Positions 59,281 to 64,000 of a DNA stretch of 64,000 nucleotides are shown here, piece after piece. Location: positions 206,149 through 270,148 of the forward strand of contig JBCBZT010000001.1 of NCBI GenBank assembly GCA_039815185.1. Direction: 5' to 3'. The first letter of the stretch is position 1; each line of letters begins with the position of its first letter. The stretch comes from Cyanobacteria bacterium P01_A01_bin.123. Its GTDB lineage: Bacteria; Cyanobacteriota; Cyanobacteriia; Phormidesmidales; Phormidesmidaceae. The notes under the pieces are model-generated. The model saw only the letters and a program-made list of their open reading frames with translations, had not been told where the DNA came from and did not search any database. Position numbers and translations under genes: made by a program.

Positions 59281-59389
59281 GATATAGCGCTGGCCAGATT
59301 GCTTAATGCACCGAGTATCGCCAAGATGCTGAGTCCACAAGCAATCTGGCTCGCGGTAGCGCACAAAGCTTTGTGGCTACCGCTATATC
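59281..59389 (+). repeat. ~109-bp structured dispersed repeat, best-preserved copy
   Basis: GATATAGCG...CGCTATATC termini with two internal hairpins. Confidence 0.88.
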
Positions 59390-59433
59390 TGCGGCTACCG
59401 ATGAGTCTTGCCAAGCAAGATATGACTGGCATA

Positions 59434-59472
59434 GCCCTTATGGACTTCTTACAGCAAGAAGTCCATAAGGGC
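59434..59472. terminator. Perfect 17-bp-stem hairpin between convergent genes
   Basis: GCCCTTATGGACTTCTT-ACAGC-AAGAAGTCCATAAGGGC; no U-tract. Confidence 0.5.
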
Positions 59473-59547
59473 ATTACCGCAACCTCCAGCAATAAAGCTG
59501 GTTGGCACCATAAACCACCTAGCCTTTACGGCACTATGTAGAAAAAC

Positions 59548-60186
59548 CTACCAGAGGGCGCGGGGGACTGACTCAGAAGCCTCAAGACGACGGGTAAGTT
59601 CAGCACTGGTACTGGGTGGAATGAGGACACGGTTGATGGCATGAATCACACCGTTACTGGCCGGTACGTCAGGCAAGATCACGCTACTGTCATTGACAAC
59701 AACCCGGTCAGGGTCAACACGAACAGCTACACCACCGTTAAGCGTATCAACAACGCCTGTTTCGAGTTCGTCAGATGTGACTTCGTCAGGGACGACATGA
59801 TACGTCAGGACTTCAGTCAGTAAGTCAAGATTTTCGGGCTCAAGCAGAGCTTCAAGAACGCCGTCGGGTAGGTCGTCAAATGCATCATCCGTAGGTGCAA
59901 AGACCGTGAAAGGGCCTTCACTCGATAGCGTATCAACTAAACCTGCCGCTTGGACAGCTTGTACAAGCGTGTCAAAGTTATCATTGCCGGCTGCAACATC
60001 CACAATTGTGCCGTCAGTTTGGGCCATCAACATCGGAGCAGCGGCAACCGTCGGTAAGTCGTCTGCCGACGGACGCGCGATCGCAGGGGCAGCCGTACCG
60101 ACAAAGCTGCCGGTGCCGATTAGCAAAGCGATCGCCCATGGCATAGAAGAAATGGGAAGAAATGACATAACTGATGACTCCCTCAC
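59548..60186 (-). CDS. Fasciclin (FAS1) domain protein, secreted
   Basis: Signal peptide; GPFTVFAPTDDAF, VLTYHVV, ASNGVIHAINRVLIP. Confidence 0.92.
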   Translation of the reverse strand: MRESSVMSFLPISSMPWAIALLIGTGSFVGTAAPAIARPSADDLPTVAAAPMLMAQTDGTIVDVAAGNDNFDTLVQAVQAAGLVDTLSSEGPFTVFAPTDDAFDDLPDGVLEALLEPENLDLLTEVLTYHVVPDEVTSDELETGVVDTLNGGVAVRVDPDRVVVNDSSVILPDVPASNGVIHAINRVLIPPSTSAELTRRLEASESVPRALW

Positions 60187-60353
60187 GTTTACATTCCGTT
60201 ACACCCATATTCTAGAGTTGTTTTCAATTTTCACCCACATGTCTATCTAGCATCGTAAGGCGCTAGCGTTACTTCCAGGATCTCTCCACCGGCGATGCGA
60301 CAGCCTCGACGACCCATTTCTGCATGATTTATGGGTTCCTTACCCCTCAAACC

Positions 60354-61430
60354 TCACACTTTACGTTTAGTCAGTAAGCCGCCCAGCCCAACCGCGATCG
60401 CCATGCCAACTACGCTGGCAGGTTCAGGTACCGATACCCCACCCGCATTGACTTGGCTGATAAAGGTGTCGAAAATTTGAGTATAGTCGCGGCTGCGTTC
60501 TTCAATTAGGCCAGGGAAAACTGTATTGATAAACGCTAGATTATCCGTCTCTGGGTCATGCCAGGTTGCTCCCCCAGGAACGAGTGGATTGGACGTTTGA
60601 GTATAGCCGTCGAGATCACCAATCTCCCAATTAGTCGCCTCAGCAGCGAGCACGGGAACCACACCATCAAAAGCTTCTAAATCACTACAGCAACCGGTTC
60701 CGGCAGGATAGAAGGGATTTAACCCTGGGTTGGTTCTAGCATCAATACCCAAATCCGCTGCGATATCCAACGCTACATCCCTAAACTGACCATCGCTGGG
60801 ATTATCTGCAGCTGAAGGCCCGGCATTCAGATATAGATAATCCCCTACGATCAAACTGTCCATATTGATCATGACAATCGTATTGTCAATCTCTTCTGGC
60901 GTCATGGTCGCGACATAGTGCTCTGAACCGATCAGCCCAATTTCTTCAGCGCCAAACAAAATGAACTTTACTGTGTGTCTAGAGTCAGGGTCGAGGCGTT
61001 CAGCCAACTCAAGCAAGACGCCGACGCCAGACGAATTGTCGTTGGTGCCTTGCAGATTAGTGCGGTCAATGGTGGCACTACTGGGAGCCGTGTCATAGTG
61101 GGCACCGACAATAATTTGTTGACCAGAGGTGCCTTGCCGTTCCGCAATGATATTGGCAGACGTCAATGATTCATCTCCAAAGTCAAATGTGAATTCCTGC
61201 AGCTCTGGGGTATAGCCAAAGTCTCCGAGTCGCCCGCTGAGGTATGCGATCGCTTCCTGTTCTTTGTCAGTGCCAATACTGCGACCCGCTAGATTTGTCG
61301 ATAGATAATAGATTTCTTGGATGGCTGTTTCGCCATAGGTAAAGCTAGCAGCTGAGGCAACACTTGCCAGCACGGCTTGGGTGGCAACGGGTAAAACAGC
61401 ACATCCTAAGAGTTTTGTAACGAAGTTCAT
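60354..61430 (-). CDS. M28 family aminopeptidase with PEP-CTERM sorting signal
   Basis: GAHYD, GTNDNSSG, GAEEIGL.GS, INMDS, WH; C-terminal VPEP-TM-KRK. Confidence 0.88.
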   Translation of the reverse strand: MNFVTKLLGCAVLPVATQAVLASVASAASFTYGETAIQEIYYLSTNLAGRSIGTDKEQEAIAYLSGRLGDFGYTPELQEFTFDFGDESLTSANIIAERQGTSGQQIIVGAHYDTAPSSATIDRTNLQGTNDNSSGVGVLLELAERLDPDSRHTVKFILFGAEEIGLIGSEHYVATMTPEEIDNTIVMINMDSLIVGDYLYLNAGPSAADNPSDGQFRDVALDIAADLGIDARTNPGLNPFYPAGTGCCSDLEAFDGVVPVLAAEATNWEIGDLDGYTQTSNPLVPGGATWHDPETDNLAFINTVFPGLIEERSRDYTQIFDTFISQVNAGGVSVPEPASVVGMAIAVGLGGLLTKRKV

Positions 61431-61933
61431 AATGTCCTTTGACTCACTTTATTTCTGCTACGGGGAACAGTCAGTTACTTAGGCTTGACTAGGCCAGATG
61501 GCCGACAGTCAATAGGCTCTAGGCAACAACCGAAAACATTTTTCTAGAATCAAGCTAGTTTCAGAGCGTATTCTTATCTTGGATGCCGTTCTGTTTCAGG
61601 CATTACAAAATCAAGTTTATAAGTATTAAACTTTACCGACTTTAGTATTGGAGTTCGGCTTGAAATGGAATTCAGCTTGAAATTGTTGCGTTTTATTTTG
61701 CCAATATTAATAATCAATAGAAATCAAACAAAACCATCCGGAAATTATCCGAAATATGCATAATAGCTGACAACTTTAGGACTGTGAACCTTCACATAAA
61801 TCTCGGGTTGCTGTCCACACGTTTAGCGCTATATTGATAAAATTCTATTGGTATAGTTGCCCGAACAAATAGCGTGTCTCGGTTGAGGCTACCATAATCA
61901 GCATCAGGATCTAGTCAGGCTTGTCAGTTTCCT

Positions 61934-62647
61934 ATGATTCAGTCAACCCAGCCAATCTATGTTCAAATTGCCAATCACCTAAGACAAAAGATTCAGCAGG
62001 GAACTTATCAAGCAGGGGATAGACTCCCAAGTCAAAAGCAATTAGGGAATCAGTTTGGAGTCAATCGTCACACGGTTCGGCAAGCCTTTGATCTGCTGAA
62101 AGCTGAGGGGTTGTTGCGCGTCAATCGGGGGTTAGGGGCGTTCATTGAAGAAGCCCCGATTCGTTACCCGATTGGTAAGCGGGTTCGGTATAACGAATTT
62201 TTGCAGACCCAAGGACACACCAGTGAATACAAGTTTTTGCAAGCGGCTGAGATACCCGCGAATGAAAAAATTGCCGATTACTTGAAGCTGCAAATTGGTG
62301 AACCTGTCGCTCAGGTAGACTTGCTGGGCTTAGCCGATGACCGACCGCTGATCGTGAGTACGAGCTATTTTCCATCACGTCAGTTCCCAGGCTTATTAGC
62401 GCAGGTTCGAACAATCCAATCAATATCTAAGCTGATGCAAGGGGTTTATGGCTGCGATCACATTCGCAGCCATACCTATATCTCAACCCGAGCGGTGAGA
62501 ACGCAAGATGCCAAATTACTACAGGTGCCGCTCAAGCAGCCTATTTTGCTGGTCCAGGCAATTAACGTCGATCAAAATAATCGAGTGATTGAGTACACGG
62601 TGACCCGATTCCGAGGCGATGGTGTGGAGCTGAGTTTTGAACACTAA
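61934..62647 (+). CDS. phnF: PhnF-like GntR/UTRA transcriptional regulator
   Basis: FGVNRHTVRQA, IRYPIGKRVRYNE, TRFRGD. Confidence 0.75.
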   Translation: MIQSTQPIYVQIANHLRQKIQQGTYQAGDRLPSQKQLGNQFGVNRHTVRQAFDLLKAEGLLRVNRGLGAFIEEAPIRYPIGKRVRYNEFLQTQGHTSEYKFLQAAEIPANEKIADYLKLQIGEPVAQVDLLGLADDRPLIVSTSYFPSRQFPGLLAQVRTIQSISKLMQGVYGCDHIRSHTYISTRAVRTQDAKLLQVPLKQPILLVQAINVDQNNRVIEYTVTRFRGDGVELSFEH

Positions 62648-62650
62648 TCC

Positions 62651-62770
62651 TTGGTGATCAATCTGCAATTCTCCACCCAAGGTGGCCCGGTAAAAATGCA
62701 TGAACTGTTTGCCCAGTATCTCGATGATGTGGGTCTGAATATGCAGCTCAAAGAGGTCACATTTAGCAAG
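62651..62770 (+). pseudogene. Possible internal fragment of an ABC solute-binding protein
   Basis: ELFAQYLDDVGLNMQLKEV resembles the family-5 SBP 'Q.L..VG+.+.+' segment; no credible start. Confidence 0.35.
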
Positions 62771-62782
62771 TTTCTAGATTTA

Positions 62783-62815
62783 GAACCGGGCTTCTCTGCC
62801 AGAGAAGCCCGGTTC
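62783..62815. repeat. Palindromic small dispersed repeat / hairpin
   Basis: GAACCGGGCTTCTCT-GCC-AGAGAAGCCCGGTTC. Confidence 0.65.
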
Positions 62816-62907
62816 CTGCGCTGTGAGTTCTAACGTACACATCCTTGCCGGATATGACGAAGCGCTAGAATTTCAAATTCTACAATTAGTAAAGCTAGCT
62901 AGATGCC

Positions 62908-62940
62908 GTAGGGTGCTGTTAGGCAACGCCGTAACGCAGC
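62908..62940 (+). repeat. GTAG-type REP-like element
   Basis: GTAG followed by an imperfect palindrome GGTGCTGTTA-GGCAACGCC-GTAACGCAGC. Confidence 0.55.
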
Positions 62941-63000
62941 GCTTCGAGACTTAAAGTATTTGATCGAGAAGACGGGGAGATTGGATAGCACCATAATAGA

Positions 63001-63121
63001 TGACGTATAACTCCCCTAGGTTGGTGCTTATTTGTCAAAAGTGACGTATAAGTACCTCACTCATCATAATTAACTGTCAAAAGTGACATTTAGCACCCTG
63101 CTTTCCCGGAGTTATACGTCA
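63001..63121 (+). other. attC-like imperfect palindrome 1
   Basis: 14-bp arms TGACGTATAACTCC/GGAGTTATACGTCA containing AAC/GTT cores; inner GGTGCT..TGTCA / TGACA..AGCACC pairing. Confidence 0.55.
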
Positions 63122-63129
63122 AAAATTGT

Positions 63130-63232
63130 ACATAAGTTCTGTAAATAAGGGTTTTATCACCCAAACGTGACAGATAAGATCCGGAAGTGTGGATCTTATC
63201 TGCCAGATCTGACGCTGAATATATAGTTATGT
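63130..63232 (+). other. attC-like site 2 (degenerate left core)
   Basis: ACATAAG...GTTATGT ends; internal hairpin CAGATAAGATCC/GGATCTTATCTG; followed by a GAGG RBS and an ATG 24 bp later. Confidence 0.45.
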
Positions 63233-63256
63233 TTTTTACCCATTGAGGTATAGAAA

Positions 63257-63905
63257 ATGAATAAATCGGAAGAGTTTTGGGACAATGCGTCTAAAAACTA
63301 TGACAAGACCGAAGAGCGATTTGAGTACATTCATAGTAAATCTAGAAAGAATACTAGAAGATTCCTGAAAGGTAGCGACACTGTTCTGGATTATGGATGT
63401 GGGACTGGAACAGCATCCTGTCAGTTTTCCAGTCAGGTTAAAGAGATTCATGCAATTGATATATCATCAAAGATGATTGAAATAGCTAAAGAGAAAGCAG
63501 CCGTTAGTAAAATTGAAAACGTAAATTTTGAGCAGTCTGATATTTTTGACAAAAAATATTCTAATGAATCATATGACATAATTCTGGCTTTTAATATGCT
63601 GCACACAGTCACTAGTCCCCGGGATGTGATGCAGCGAATAAATGAATTGTTAAAACCAGAAGGTATATTTATCTCTGTAACACCTTGCTTGCGCCAGAAA
63701 ATGTCGCTTTTAGTAAATCTTCAAATTCAGCTGGTTCGGGTATTGTGTAAATTAGGATTAATTCCCATTCCTATAAGAAGGATAACGAGCTCTGAGGTAG
63801 ACGATTTATTAGAAACTGGCGGGTTTCAAACGGTTGAATCTGAAGAGATATATAGAGGAGCATCTAGTTATTTTGTAGTGGCAAAGAAGTTACAAAACAT
63901 ATATA
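63257..63905 (+). CDS. Class I SAM-dependent methyltransferase (cassette-like; 3' end interrupted by an intron)
   Basis: VLDYGCGTG, IDISSKMI, YDIILAFNMLH, LKPEG. AT-rich. The ORF-track C-terminus beyond 63905 is antisense intron sequence. Confidence 0.85.
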
Positions 63906-64000
63906 ATCGGGATAGGGAGAATCCTCACGAATCCCCCCTCCCACACCACCCTGCAAGCGGGTCCGCACAGGGCGGTTCAGCATCACGGAGCAAACTCTAA
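63906..64000 (-). mobile_element. Class IIC group II intron, 3' end (domains V and VI; partial)
   Basis: Minus strand: DV GAACCGCCCTGTGCGGACCCGCTTGCAGGGTGGTGT (CGC triad) and DVI GGGAGGGGGGATTC...GGATTCTCCCTATCCCGAT with bulged A and AY end. Preceded by ...LEFAP* (possible end of the intron-encoded protein). Confidence 0.9.

Noticed and set aside
59259..59541. ORFs 59259-59492 and 59299-59541 (and 14414-14926) sharing peptide similarity
   Set aside because: The shared peptide is just translation of the 109-bp repeat.
61780..61810. Pho box upstream of phnF
   Set aside because: Only a weak match to CTTAACCT-type repeats; not supportable by eye.
63906..64000. Pro/His-rich C-terminal extension of the methyltransferase
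   Set aside because: It is the reverse complement of intron domains V-VI.
1..64000. tRNA, rRNA, CRISPR-Cas or recognisable anti-phage defence genes
   Set aside because: None recognised by eye; a covariance-model or HMM scan would be needed to exclude them.

Overview
Chromosomal window from a cyanobacterium, indicated by frequent HIP1 GCGATCGC, ndhB, a plant-type ferredoxin, CBS-CP12 fusions and DUF2949/DUF1816-type small genes. A few housekeeping genes (cobyrinate diamide synthase, ndhB, topA, an EF-G paralog) sit among many signalling genes: histidine kinases, a knotless phytochrome, a CBCR-like GAF protein, a LOV-GGDEF-EAL protein and a Ser/Thr kinase-AAA-GAF-cyclase. Non-obvious structure read from the DNA: (1) at the right edge, two attC-like hairpins, an AT-rich methyltransferase 'cassette' and the 3' end of an antisense class IIC group II intron; (2) two outward-facing copies of a 35-bp operator/promoter-like motif flanking a REC-wHTH-GAF-PAS-HK gene; (3) two stand-alone serine-recombinase DNA-binding-domain genes, each followed by the same non-coding motif, beside a ferredoxin-thioredoxin-CBS-CP12 cluster; (4) a ~109-bp structured dispersed repeat (three full copies, one partial, one palindromic derivative); (5) a dead-EAL/HTH/phycobiliprotein-like gene trio; (6) several pseudogenes and IS remnants. 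All family assignments come from motif recognition by eye; no searches were run.
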